From: Pristiophorus japonicus
Taxonomy: Eukaryota
DNA length: 64,000 nucleotides
NCBI RefSeq assembly: GCF_044704955.1
Contig: NC_091999.1
Span: 47,926,001 to 47,990,000, forward strand
Direction of reading: 5' to 3'
Part shown: piece after piece, positions 51,232 to 63,743 of the stretch
Numbering within the stretch: the first letter of the stretch is position 1
How the letters are laid out: the number at the start of each line of letters is the position of its first letter
Made by a program: the position numbers and the translations under genes
Notes under the pieces: generated by a model
Databases searched by the model: none
The model's input: the letters and a program-made list of their open reading frames with translations, nothing else
Told to the model about the DNA's origin: nothing

Positions 51232-52699
51232 GCCATTGGCCTGTTCGGCGGAGCTCCTGCCTGTTGGAATCGCGGGCAGATGCAGCCACAGTGTGCAGCG
51301 CGCTGTCAGGCGCTCAGACACACAGAGAATATACCAAATTAACCTCGGATCCAATTGTCAGCCAAATGATTCCAGGAGCGGCCGCGAAAACAAGTTGCAT
51401 TATTCAATCGGTCCGAAAATCGACCTGTGAATCGACCACCATCGAATGAACTGACTTCTAAACTGTCCTTTCTGCTTCTGATCAGCTGTTTTCCCTTGAC
51501 TTGATGGATGGATGTTCAGATCAGCTCCAGGAGCTCCAAGGTCAGCTTGTCGCTTACTTAATAGGAAAGGTTCTAGTTCCTATATTCTGCCTCTGTGGGT
51601 GATTTCATCCCGTGTATTCCTTTAAAGCTGGATATTTATCGTGTTGTTCTGCTCGTGGAAGGCTCCGGCCCATTACTTTCTTTAAATTTCACCTAAAGAC
51701 AGCTGTAACTTTCCAAACTTGAAAACAGTTGTCTTGCAATCACTCAACCGAATGAGGGAGGATATGAAATAGAAAATAGTTGTATGTTTCGGGGACTCTG
51801 GGGAAAATAAAGATTTTTGTACAATTTGCTCTTCTTACTTTCCGGTCTCTGACTCAATAATATAACTTCCATGCTTTGATTAACCTGAAATACATCTGAC
51901 CAAGTGCTATTAGCTCATACGGAGAGCTCTGATTGCCTTATGGGGGCTTGAATAAATTGGCATTCACTGGTTCCTTTAGCTCACATCCTTTCAATGATTT
52001 AAGGAGTCGTGAATAACAGAGCTTTCACAATGCAAAGCGGCCAAAAAAGGCTCAATGTGGTCCCCGGGCCGCGGTGCTCTATGGGAGGACTGTTCGCACA
52101 TGTGCTACTCGCCAAACGACAAAGCATCTGGGTAGTGTGAAGGGCATTGTGGCTCAAACCTGTCAAACACTTTAATCGTGGCTGCCTGTATCTTTATTTC
52201 TGTCGCCTATTTGCTAGTTTTTATTGAAAAAGTAAAATTGTTTCCTTTGTGGGAATTTAAGTCATGTTTTATTTAAATGGTTGTAAAGAAACATAAGTTC
52301 ATGTAATGAGACGTCACAGAAACATAGCTACGTCATACTAACACGGCCGACAGCACATCAAACATATATGGCCAACTGTTTGTCAGAAACAAATGGTGGA
52401 ATGTCCGTCAAACAGATGCTTTTGAAAAGTAGGCGGTGTTTCAGTGCTTATTGCAGCACGTTTCATCCGGGCGTAGGAGCGGCTCACATGCCCAGCCGCC
52501 CACAGGAAACTCAGATGCAGCTCTTCCTGCTACTCCAGCTTTAAAGGTGGTTGGGGATTTTTGCAGCTGCAATTCCCTTGCTCATTACCAGCTTCTTCAA
52601 CAGTAACTGCATATCTTGCCAAGAAACCCTCCCCAGAATGTATAATCATAACTATGTTCCTTCCACCTTTCATTTCTCCTGATCTCTTGGCTATTGTAT

Positions 52700-54010
52700 G
52701 GTTTGCTCTGTTAGTTAGTCAATCTTCAATCAATGGTAATATATTACACAACCAGGTGAGCTTTTAATTTGTGCAGTAACCACTTATGTGGTACATTATC
52801 GAATGCCTTCTGGAAATCCAAATACAACACATCTAATGATTATCCTTTATCCACCCTGCTCGTTACCCACTCCAGCAAATTTTCCAAACGTGATTTCCCT
52901 TTCATAAAAACATGCAGACTCTTCTTGATTGGATCCTGCTTTCCAAATGTCCCGCTACTGCTTCCTTAATAATGGACTCCAGCATTTTCACAATGACAGA
53001 TATTTGGCTAACTGGTCTAGTTTCCTAATTTGTAGCTGCCTGATTTTTGAAATAGTCGCATTACATTTGTGGTTTTCCAATCTGATGGGACCACCCCAGA
53101 ATCCAGGGAATTTTGGTAGATTACAACAAATGCATCTACTATCTCTGCAGCCACTTCTCTAAAGATCCTAAGATATAATGCATCAGGTCCAGGAGACTTG
53201 TCCAACTTTAGTCCCATTATTTTACCTAATACTACTTCATTAGTGATAGTGATTGGATTAAGTTCCTCGCTACCTATAGCCCCTTGATTATCCACTATTG
53301 GGATGTTTTTGGGGTTTTCTACCGTGAATACCGGTACAAAATATTTGTTCAACGTCTCTGCCATTTCCCTGCGCTCCATTATTAATTCCCCTTCAAAGAG
53401 AATCTATTCTCCTGTTCCTATTCCCAAGCCAAGATAATCTAAACCCTCCGCAACAGCACGATCAACCCCTCTCAACCCCCGCAACCCCACCCGACCAACC
53501 CGCGTGGATATTGGTCCGGCTCTGTTGAGGTGAAACCCGTTCTGGCTTGTACAGGTCACACCTCCACCAGAAGCGGTTCCAATGCTTCAGGATTCGAAAG
53601 CCCTCCCTCTTGTACTATTTCAATCAGTCACACATTAACCTGCTCTATTCTCCTATTTCCGTACTCACTAGCTCTTGACAACTGGATTAATCTGGAGATT
53701 ACTAGTTTTGAGGTCTTGCTTTTTAATCTGTCTCCTAGCTCCCTAAATTCTGCCTGCAGAACCTCATCCCTCTTACTACCCATGACGTTTGTCCCGATAC
53801 GGATCAGGACCTCTGGCTGTTCATCCTCCTCCACCCAGAAAGCCCTGCAACCGTTCGGTGACATCCTTGACCCGAGCTGCAGTGAGGCAACATACCATCC
53901 TGGAGTCACAGCTGCGGCCGCAGAACTGATTGTCTGCTTCCCTGACTATTGAAGCCCCAACCACTACAGCTCTTCCATTCTTCTTCCTCTCCCCTTGCTC
54001 TTTAATAGAA
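52700..54010 (-). mobile_element. CR1 remnants (RT about 52700-53390; ORF1 esterase about 53500-54010)
   Basis: KSPGPDALYLRIF; IGTNVMGSKRDEVLQAEFRELG. Confidence 0.88.
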
Positions 54011-54766
54011 CCTGACATATGACTGTGACAGACCATAATGTTAGAGGTACTGCGTTGTCGCTGTGCTGTCAATTGCACTCTGGGACTTGACTTACAAATG
54101 CAGAGATAAAGGTGTCTTTATTCTGATGGGAAACTGGGTGGCACAGTGGCTCCTTAACCGAAGGGACTTGGATTGAAACAAAACCAAAACAGGATCTGTA
54201 AAAAATATCAGTCAGGGAAATAAAACAAAGTGTAATGGGATATGCAACGGTGCGGATGAGCCTCCTAGAAAGGAATTCAACAACATTTCCAACTTAGTCC
54301 AATCGCCATTCCAGATTTATTAACAATTTCGCAAAGAACAATTTGTAGAGAAGTTTTTCAAAAATGTAGCATAAAGTGAATATAACAGCACATTGAGACC
54401 ACAACACCGGTGGTCTGAGCTGGCCGGCTATCTGTACAAATGAAACAGGCATCTGGGAGAGAAAATAAGGGATCAACATAAAAGGAAGGGAATAATTGAG
54501 AATTAGGAACTAGAAAAGTGACTTATTTCCCCAAGAAATATTCAAAAAACGGTGAAACTCTGAGATATATTTACATTATGGCCACGATTATCTCACACAT
54601 TTCAAACAGAAAGATGGAAATCCCGGTTATGATATTCTCAGCTAGAGATTCGGAACTATTAATTGAAACATTTTACTCTGAGAATCACGATGGACATATT
54701 TATTTTCAGGACACAGAGTTGTTAATAAACAGAGAGGAAAATCCACGGCATCCGAAATTCAACCGT

Positions 54767-54775
54767 TCAGTTGAC
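54767..54775 (-). CDS. IGHM: IgM TM2 exon (V-N-stop; canonical is V-K-stop)
   Basis: Acceptor cctcttttacag|GTC AAC TGA, 138 nt downstream of TM1. Confidence 0.75.
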   Translation of the reverse strand, partial: VN

Positions 54776-54913
54776 CTGTAAAAGAGGTATTAAAGAGTGA
54801 AGTGAAGATCTAGTGGTATGGGGCATTTATCGCAAGGTTTTTATCAATGAAACATCCAGAGATTTGTCAAACCGCTTCAAACAGATCGATGTAAATGGAT
54901 TGAATCTTCTCGC

Positions 54914-55041
54914 TTTCATCAGAGTGACGGCAGCGCTGTAGGAAATTCTCAGGAAGAACAGGATGATGAATGTGGAAGCGGTTGTCCAGATGTTGTCGCA
55001 CTCATCCTCATAGTCTTCACTCGAGATGTGGTCTGAGGAAT
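54914..55041 (-). CDS. IGHM: IgM TM1 exon
   Basis: ccccgtag|DSSDHISSEDYEDECDNIWTTASTFIILFFLRISYSAAVTLMK|gcgaga. Matches the shark membrane mu pattern DSSDH...DNIWTTASTFI.LFFL...YSAAVTL. Donor is GC and an Arg lies in the TM helix. Confidence 0.93.
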
Positions 55042-55639
55042 CTACGGGGATGAAGAGATAGAAATATATCGAGATCGCTTATGTAACCAAGATATCATGT
55101 GATCATATATTCTCTTTTCTTTTCCATGAATTATTATTTTGTTCTCTAATTTAATTGTCAATATATACCTTGTGTTATGTTAATCACTCTCGGCCATCTA
55201 TCTCTGTTCCTACCTCCACAGTCATTCTTCCTTTATGATCCTCTTATAGTCCTTGTTGGAAAATATGAATGTTGCCTTCAATTGATCTTGCATCAATTTT
55301 CTACATTCTACCATTCGGGAATAGTATAATGTAAGATCGAGGGAGGTTTACTGATTGATATCGATAATTTAACGATAGGTTTAGATAGCTACTTATTTGG
55401 AGACTGTCAAGGAGACAAGGTAAGTGATCAGTTGTGAGTTATAATATTGTTTATTTACTTGTTATGGCTGTGTTCTGAACATAATTAACTTGTATCAGTT
55501 TCCAACAAGAACATGGATTCAGTGTTGGAATTGAGAAAGTGAGAATTATGTTTTCAGGAATTTTTTATTCAGTGCAATCGTTCCATGCTGTGCCTATATA
55601 AAAAGTGCATTGAATTCCACATATGTTTATATCCTGATG

Positions 55640-56290
55640 TGTTTTGTGCGCTTTACTGTTTGCATATGTGTGGATCATGATCTCTTGTTTTCGTTTTCCC
55701 TGTGTTTGTGTTTTAATGTTTATGTTAATATGTAACTGTGTGTGTTATATATAATTGTGCGAGTGTTTATGTAAGTGTGTGTATGTTTATATGTAAGTCT
55801 TTGTGTGTTTTTGTATATGTGTATTTACATATATAAGTGTGCGTGTTATGTGTAGCAATGTGCATGTACCTTATGTGGATATGTAAGCGTTTTTGTATGT
55901 TGAGGTCTATGTTTGTGTTTTTATGTGTAACTGTGTGAGTTTGAGTGTAACTGCGTGTGTATCTGTGTGTGTGATTTGTGTATGTGTGTTTGTGTTGATA
56001 TGTGTGGTTATGCGTGTGTAAATCTGTGTGTTAATGCGTGTGTTTGTGTACTTTGTGTAAGACTGTGTATGTTTACTCAAAGTTTCAGAGAGTACCACTA
56101 ACCGAGTGTGACAATAACAGTGTGCATTATATTCTGGATACCTATATTATTCTGTGTTAGTATGAAGATTGTTTGTTTATTTGTAAGTCTGAGTGTGTTT
56201 GTATGGAAGTGTGCACTTACACAAAACCACGCAAATTTACACACAACAACGAACACACGTTCACATAAAGACACACACGCACGTTTACAG
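55640..56290. repeat. Degenerate (TG)n/(CA)n-rich tract in the Cmu4-TM1 intron
   Basis: Visible directly. Confidence 0.8.
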
Positions 56291-56634
56291 GCATTCTCGC
56301 CAGCTCTATGTAAAAGTGTTTCCGTGTGAGACGCAATGCGATGTCAGTTGATGGATTTCAACAATTCAACGATGGGCCTCGGACCTATCTTGGAGATAAC
56401 CATGAAAAACCTGCAGAGGATTGAATAACTAGTTTACATTTTGACTATTAAAATTCAATCAGTTAGTTTACGAATAACTGATATAGATTTAGCCAAATAC
56501 TAGTTAAAGCTAAAATGTTGAACAAAATTTATTATACAATATGATGCATATTCGGCAAGTTTAACGTTTTCTGACAGCGAGTTGAAATCTATCATTTTAC
56601 TGGTTGCTACTGAGTTCACAGAATAGAGATCGGT

Positions 56635-56990
56635 TGACTTCCCCTCTCTGCGGTAGGGACGGGGGGCGGATGGTGGGCGTGTGAGGTACTTTGGGTTAAC
56701 AATTGTCCTTTCCCATCTCTCTGGTGGTTGAGTTTGAGGTACATTGGGTTAACAATTGTCCATTCCCCTCCCTCTGGTGGTTGATTGTGAGGTACATTGG
56801 ATTAACACTTGTCCTTTCCCCTCTCTCTGGTGGTTGAGTGTGAGGTACATTGGGTTAACGATTGTCCTTCCCCTATCTCTGGTGGTTGAGTGTGAGGTAC
56901 AGGGTGTTAACCATTATCCTTTCCCCTCTCTCTGCTGGCGAGTTGAAGGTACAGTGGGTTAAACATTCCCTGTCCTCTCTTTCTGGTGTG
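56635..56990 (+). repeat. 53-bp minisatellite, about 6 units
   Basis: gaggtac at 56683, 56736, 56789, 56842 and 56894. Confidence 0.92.
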
Positions 56991-57410
56991 ATAATGGGAG
57001 GTGCAGTTCATGTACGTGTCTGGCCCTCTTTTCAGTTTCCAGAAGATGCGAAGCTTCAAAATAAAACTGGCCTCAATTCTGAAGGGATGGACAACATGAG
57101 AAACAGGGACGCCAATATCTAAATGGCTGCATTTGTTTGTCGGAAATGGGAACGTTAAAGATTCCTCCAGTGGGAGGAAATTTGCTGAAGTTACATTGAG
57201 GAAACCTGTCATGAAAGAGCTTCACCCTGTCTCCAACCAGTGGTTTATCTGAGCTGGGAACTTTGGCTGTACAAGCCTTGGACCCGACTCCTGTAAATAG
57301 CCTGCTTCAGTTTAGCAGCCTCCCGCATTCGGAAAAATGGGTAGAAAAACAATATTAATTGAGTGGCTATGTATTTAACTCGCAATTGGAAGAAAAGGCC
57401 TTTACAGTAT

Positions 57411-57416
57411 TTTATT
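57411..57416 (-). terminator. AATAAA polyadenylation signal for the secretory mu transcript
   Basis: tttatt on the plus strand, about 30 nt past the secretory stop codon. Confidence 0.7.
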
Positions 57417-57444
57417 TAAGAATTTAAATGCAATCGAGAGATTC

Positions 57445-57836
57445 TCATTGACAAGAATTCACCGTATCTACCAGCTTTAATGAAATGTTCACAAAAGTCA
57501 GTTTACCACTGGACTTATTAACGGTTTTGTTGTTGATCTTGAAGGGGATCGCTTCATGTCTCATCACACAGGAGTAAGAAACGCCGTTGGCCCACTCCTC
57601 GGCTGCAATGGATAGCAGGCTGTAGATGAAGAAGGAGCTGCTGCCGTTCTCCGCCATCACCTCGGTGTTCTTGTTGTTGCCGGAATCTATCGGCTTGTCA
57701 TTGATGGTCCATTTGACGAAGATCTCTTGGGGGGAGAAACCTCTCATTAAGCAGTTGAAGGTAAAGAAAGTTTGAACGGAGACTTCTTCTGCCGAGGGCA
57801 GGAGGACAGACACGGCCGGTTCCCGCGGATCTTTAG
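57445..57836 (-). CDS. IGHM: IgM Cmu4 exon plus secretory tailpiece, open frame
   Basis: ctgcag|[19 protein letters not shown]...[16 protein letters not shown]...[11 protein letters not shown]...[11 protein letters not shown]...[24 protein letters not shown]. Penultimate Cys and NIS glycosylation site present; internal donor G|GTAAAC at 57507/57506 for TM splicing. Confidence 0.96.
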
Positions 57837-58322
57837 CTGCAGAACAATTATTTAAAAGTCAATAAACTGGATAATTCCAGAGACAAAGGAACCGGTGGTT
57901 AGATGTGAGAGAAATGTGCTTTGCGCTGATTTTTAAAGGATTCCCTTTTTCCCCCCTGTGGCCTGTCTGGCTTTGCAGCACGGAGCAGAGGGGGATGCAA
58001 TCCTTCTCTCTGGGTCCTTTAGGAGTCGGACTGGAAAATAACATAGCATTTTCTTCCCAACTGGTCATTATCGTTGTTTATGCTCCAAACGAGCCTCGTC
58101 CAGCTAATTTTATCCAACACAAATAAAATATATTTCCCTTTTTCCCTCATGGACTTATCCAGATTCCACTTAAGTGCATAATTTCGGGTCCCAGTCGGAT
58201 TATTTAGTGGAATTACCAATTCAATTATCAGAGCAATCCATTAACACACTTAATAGAGCCAATTAGCACATGCACGGAAATAGTCAGAGCGTCTCACTTG
58301 TTGCTACAATTTCTCCGCTCAT

Positions 58323-58612
58323 CCTTTTCCTTGTGGATGGAATCTCTTATAGTCGCTATAATAATGGTGCCTCATCACGGAGCAGAACTCAACACCGCTT
58401 AGCCAGGTTTGTTTCGAGATGTTTATGTTGCTGATCACACTGTTGGGAGCTTCGCCGACTTCGACGGCAATCTTTGATTTCCAAGTTTCCTTTTCTCGAG
58501 TCCTGGATATTTTGATTCCATAAGGACCATTAGACACGACACAGGATAATGTCTCAAGTAAGACCTGTTCTACTTACGGTTGCAGAAGAGTGATTTCTGC
58601 ATTGGATATATT
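58323..58612 (-). pseudogene. IGHM: IgM Cmu3 exon, disabled
   Basis: [34 protein letters not shown]...[25 protein letters not shown], frameshift, IRDSIHKEK|atgagc. Has a stop, Trp to Arg, YC to CS, frameshifts and donor GT to AT. Confidence 0.92.
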
Positions 58613-59343
58613 CTGTGAAGCAGAAATATAAATCAAGCCAAGCTTCATCTTCACAATCAGGGTAACAGCATGCACCCTTCATTCCCCCAAGAAGAATAAA
58701 TCACCTTTGAGATATCAAGCACTCGCTGTCGCTTAAACAAATCGTTATTGGAAGGACAACAGATTGGCAACGTGCCCGGGAGAATCTTTCAAATTTTCTG
58801 TGTGTTTACATCCAGAGCCACCTGTAATGTGCTGTGAAGCAAATACCCGGCGTAAAACATTAAATACATTCATGCACAATAGTGTTACGAATTGAATAGC
58901 GCTCCTCCCGAAAACCCTTGTTCCATTACGCCCGACTAAAGATCCTTGTGCCCAAACGTTATCACCGTTTTAAAAATGACTCTGCCCCAGGTTCAAGAGC
59001 TCAACACGAAACTTACACTGGCTCAAAACGAATAACAAATCCAACTCAGGATTTTAGAATCGAAACGAAATACAGTTAATATCCTGGTGTCTTGTGATTT
59101 TTGGGGCGATGAAAATGTACAAGCAGCACTTGCAGCCCCCATCCAAGGAGAAAAGTCGGGAGAATGGCATTCCAAGGGGTCTTTTGTGTTTGGGAATCAT
59201 TTGTAATGTTGGTGTGAAGTAGTTTTTTCATTTCTATCATTAGTGAGCCTTTATCATGCCTTGTTAAAGAGTGTCAGAAGGAAATATGAATTTCAGTCCA
59301 TCAAGCCTGTTCCTCCATTCAATTAGTTCTTGGATGACCTGCA

Positions 59344-62300
59344 TGTTGTGTATCTGTATAGCATGCATTCCCATGTTCCGACACCTCGCAGCGCATTCCC
59401 TGAAGTCCCAAGGGATCCCAGCATCCCGTGAGAGCACTGTATATAAGCCGGCCTTTAAGGCCTGTTAATCATTCTGGAGTGTCTTAATAAAGACTGAGGT
59501 CACTGTTAATTTAACCTCCCTGTGTGCAGTCTCATCTGTGTTTGGAACACAATAACTGGCGACGAGTATACGAATCCAACGCAAAGATGCACCAAACTGT
59601 GGGCATCCTGGAGAATTTCTCGGATGGTGAGGACTGGGAAGTGGATGTCGCACGGCTAGACCAGTACTTTGTAGCCAACGAGCTGGATGGAGAAGGAAGC
59701 AATGGAAAAAAGAGAGCGGTGCTCCTCATGGTGTGCGGGGCACCGACCTACAGCCTCATGAAGTTTCTTCTGGCTCTGGTGAAACCCACAGATATGTCAT
59801 ATGAGGAGCACTGTACACTGGTTTGCGAGCATCTTAACCTGAGGGAGAGCGTGTTGATGGCGAGGTATCGGTTCTACATGTGCCAGCGATCTGAAGGTCA
59901 GGAATTGGCGAGCTGCGTCGCTGAGCTAAGGTAACTTGCAGGACAATGTAAGTTTAATGGCTACCTGGAGCAAATGCTCAGATTTTTTGTACTGGGTATT
60001 GGACACGAGACCATCCTATGAAAATTTTGACTGTAGAGACACCTACACTCATTAAGGCCACTGCGATAGCACAGGCGTTTATGTCCACCAGTGAAAACAG
60101 CAAACAAATCTCTCAGTACACAAGTGCTAGCAATGTTCATAAATTAACTGGAACTGTGTTTTCGAGCAGAAATGTACAGGGCAGAACCCACGAGTCTGCA
60201 ACTGCCAGAAGGCCTCAGGTGACCCAGATGACTCAGAGCTAAAGGATTAATGCAAGGCAATTCCACCTTGACGGCTTTGTGGAGGCTTCCATTCAGCCTA
60301 TTCATGCCGCTCCAAAGGGTATGGTTGCAAGAGCTGTGGAACAATGGAGCTCCTCCAACGAGCTTGCAGATGAGCTGCAAGCTCGGCAAAACGTGCTAAC
60401 CATCACGTGGCAGAGGAAGATCGGCCCATGGTGGATCAAAGCTATTTCGAGCCTCAGGGAGAGGAGGCAGATGGTGAAATACACTGGGTTCACACATTTT
60501 TGATGAAATGTCCACCTATAATGCTAAATATAAAATAGAATTGCTTACCCGTAGCCATTGAACTGGACACTGGCGCTAGCCAATCTACCTTGAGTAAAAA
60601 GATGTTTCAGAGACTGTGGTGCAACAAGGCACTCAGACCATCCCTAATCCCCATCCACACGAAACAGATAACTTGCACCAAATAGCTTATCACTGTCCTG
60701 GGCAGCGCCATGGTCAACGTCACCTACGAGGGCACGGTGCATGAACTGCCACTCTGGTTTGTCCCGGGGGATGACCCACACTGCTTGGAAGGAGCTGACT
60801 GGGCAAAATCCGCCGGAACTGGGATGACTTCCGAGCGCTATCACAGGTTCTTCAAAACTGTCCTTCCTTTTTGAGCCAGGCATTGGAAACATTTCCGGGC
60901 GAAGGTGCCACTTGGTCCCAGAGGCACGACCCTTTCACCACAAGGCGCGAGAGGTACTGCACATGATGAGGGACAGAGTGGAAATCGAGCTGGACAGCTG
61001 CAACGCGAGGGCATGATCTCCCCAGTAGAATTCAGCGAGTGGGCCAGCCCGATTGTTCCAGTACTCAAAAGTGATGGCACGGTCTGGATTTGTGGCGATT
61101 ATAAAGTAACTATTAATCGTTTCTCTCTACAGGACAAATACCCACTACCTAAGGCAGATGACGTATTTGCGACGCTGGCAGGAGGCAAGATGTTGGCCAA
61201 GCTCGACCTAACTTCGGCCTACATGATGCAAGAGCTGGAGGTGTCTTCGAATGGCCTCACCTGCATCAACATGCAAAAGGATTGTTCATCTACTACAGAT
61301 ACCCATTTGGAACTCGGTCGGCTGCAGCGATCTTCCAGAGAAACACGGAGAGCCTACTCAAGTCAGTACCCCGCACTGTGGTTTTTCAGGACGACATATT
61401 GGTCACAGGTCGGGACACCATCGAGCACCTACAAAACTTGGAGGAGGTCCTTCAGCTGCGGTCGTACCTGGGACTCCTTAACTATTTTGATTACTTCCTA
61501 CCGGGGTTAAGCATCCTCTTAGAGCACCTACATGTGTTATTGCCTAAAGGTGAGAACTGGTTATGGGGAAAAAAACAAGTATTGCTTTTGAGAAAGCCAG
61601 AAATATTTTATGCTCCATCAAGCTGCTTGTATTGCATAACCCATGTAAAAGACTTGTGCTAGCATGTGATGCGTCGTCGTACAGAGTCGAGTGTGTATTA
61701 CAACAAGTTAACAATGCGGAGAAGTTGCAACCTGTCGCCTATGCCTCCAGGAGCTTGTCTAAGGCCGAGAGGGCCTACAGAATGATTGATAAAAACGCAT
61801 TAACGTGTGTGTTCGGGGTAAAGAAAATGCGTCAGTACCTGTTTGGCCTCATATTTGAGCTAGAAACCGATCACAAGCCCCTCATATCCCTGTTCACTGA
61901 AAACAAGGGGATAAATACTAATGTCTCATCCCGCATACAAAGGTGGGCACTCGCACTATCAGCGTATAACTATACCATCCGCCACAGGCCAGGCACCGAT
62001 AACTGTGCAGTTGTTCTCAGTTGGCTACCATTGCCCACCATGGGGGTGTAAATGGCGCAGCCTGCAAACTTATTGACGGTGGCGCAGCCCGCAGACTTGT
62101 TGATGGGCATGGAAGCTTTTGAAAATGATAAATCACCGATCACGGACCACCAGATTCGGACTTGGATCAGCCAAGAACCCCTTTTGTCCCGAGTAAAAAA
62201 CTGTGTACTGCATACGAGCTGGGCCAGCAAACCCGTTGAAATGCAAAAGCTAATCAAGCCGTTCCAGCGGTGAAAGGACAAGCTGTCCATTCAGGCAGAC

Positions 62301-63743
62301 TGCCTGTTGTGCAGTAACCGCCTAGTGCTACCCAAAACGGGCAGGGAGACGTTCATCTCGGATCTCCAAAGCACACCACCGGGTAAAGTAATGATGAAAG
62401 CGATAGCCAGATCCCACGTGTGGTGGCCCGGTATCGACTCTGACTTGAAGTCTTGTGTATGCCAATGCAGCATGCGTGCTCAGTTGAGCAACACGCCCAG
62501 AGAGGCACCACTAAATTTGTAGTCCTGGCCCTCCAGACCATGATCGAGGATCCATGTCGACTATGCGGGCCCGTTTCTCGGTATAATGTTCCTGGTGGTG
62601 GTGGATGATTTTTCAAAATGGATTGAATGTGAAATAATGTCGGGAAGCACCGCCACCGCCATCATTGAAAGCCTGAGGGCCATGTTTGCCGCCCACGGCC
62701 AGCCTGACATACTGGTCAGTGACAACGGGCCATGTTTCACCAGTGCCGAATTTAAAGAATTCATGACCCGCAATGGGATCAAACATGTCACCTCTGCCCC
62801 GTTTGAACCATCCTCCAATGAGCAGGCAGAGCGGGCAGTACAAACAATCAAACAGAGCCTCAAACAAGTTACAGAAGGCTTACTCGAAACCCGCCTGTCC
62901 CGAGTGCTGCTCAGCTACTGCACGTGACCCCACTCACTCACAGGGGTTCCCCCGGCTGAGCTATTCATGAAAAGGACACTTAAAACCAGACTCTCACTGG
63001 TTCTCCACAACCTGCATGACCAGGTAGAGAGCAGGCGGCAGCAACAAAATGTAAACGATGGTCGCGCCACTGTGTCAGGGGAAATTGATCTGAATGACCC
63101 TGTGTATGTACTAAACTATGGACATGGTCCGAAGTGGATCGCGGGCAGGGTGATAGCTAAAGAAGGGAGTAGGATGTTTGTACTCAAACTAGCCAATGGA
63201 CAAATTTGCAGAAGCACTTGGACCACACGAGGCTGTGGTTCATAGACTGCCCTGAACAACCCACAACAGACACCACATTTTTCGAGCGCATAACACACAC
63301 CAAAAGGATCAACAACACCACGCCGGACCAGGAAATCGAACCCATCACGCCCAACAGCCCAGCAAGGCCAGGCTCACCCAGCAGCTCTGCAGGGCTAACA
63401 ACACACCAGCCCAGCGAGGGTGCAGCCAACACACCAGAACCGACATTTGTATCAAGGCCGTGCACCAGGGAAAGAAAGGCTCCCGACCGCCTCACCTTGT
63501 AAATAGTTTTCACTTTGACTTTGAGGGGGAGTGATGCTGTGCATCTGTAAAGCATGCACTCCCATGTTCCGCCACCAGGGAGCGCAGCCCCAGAAGACCC
63601 AAGGGATCCCAGCATCCCTTGAGAGCACTGTATATAAGCTGGCCCCGAAGGTCTGTTACTCACTCTGGATTGTCTTAATAAAGACTGAGGTCACTGTTAC
63701 TTTAACCTTCCTCTGAAGTCTCATCTGTGTTAGGAACACAATA
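59344..63743 (+). mobile_element. Gypsy/Ty3 LTR retrotransposon, full-length structure but disabled
   Basis: LTRs 59344-59554 and 63535-63743; PBS tggcgacgag at 59557; PPT gagggggag at 63523; gag EDWEVDVARLDQYFVAN, protease ELDTGAS, RT WASPIVPV and FQDD, RNase H CDAS and ETDHKPL, integrase VSDNGPCF; many stops and frameshifts. Confidence 0.96.

Noticed and set aside
51287-51325. Perfect CACAGTG about 55 nt after the plus-strand V RSS (possible D segment)
   Set aside because: No acceptable nonamer at 12 or 23 nt and no 5' RSS.
54085-54190. J-like layout on the minus strand (ggttttgtt, cactgtg, about 46 nt, gtaagt donor)
   Set aside because: Spacer is about 28 nt and no frame gives FGxG or WGxG.
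58613-59343. Search for Cmu2 or a switch-like region
   Set aside because: No Ig C motifs found; sharks lack canonical switch regions and no such repeats are visible.
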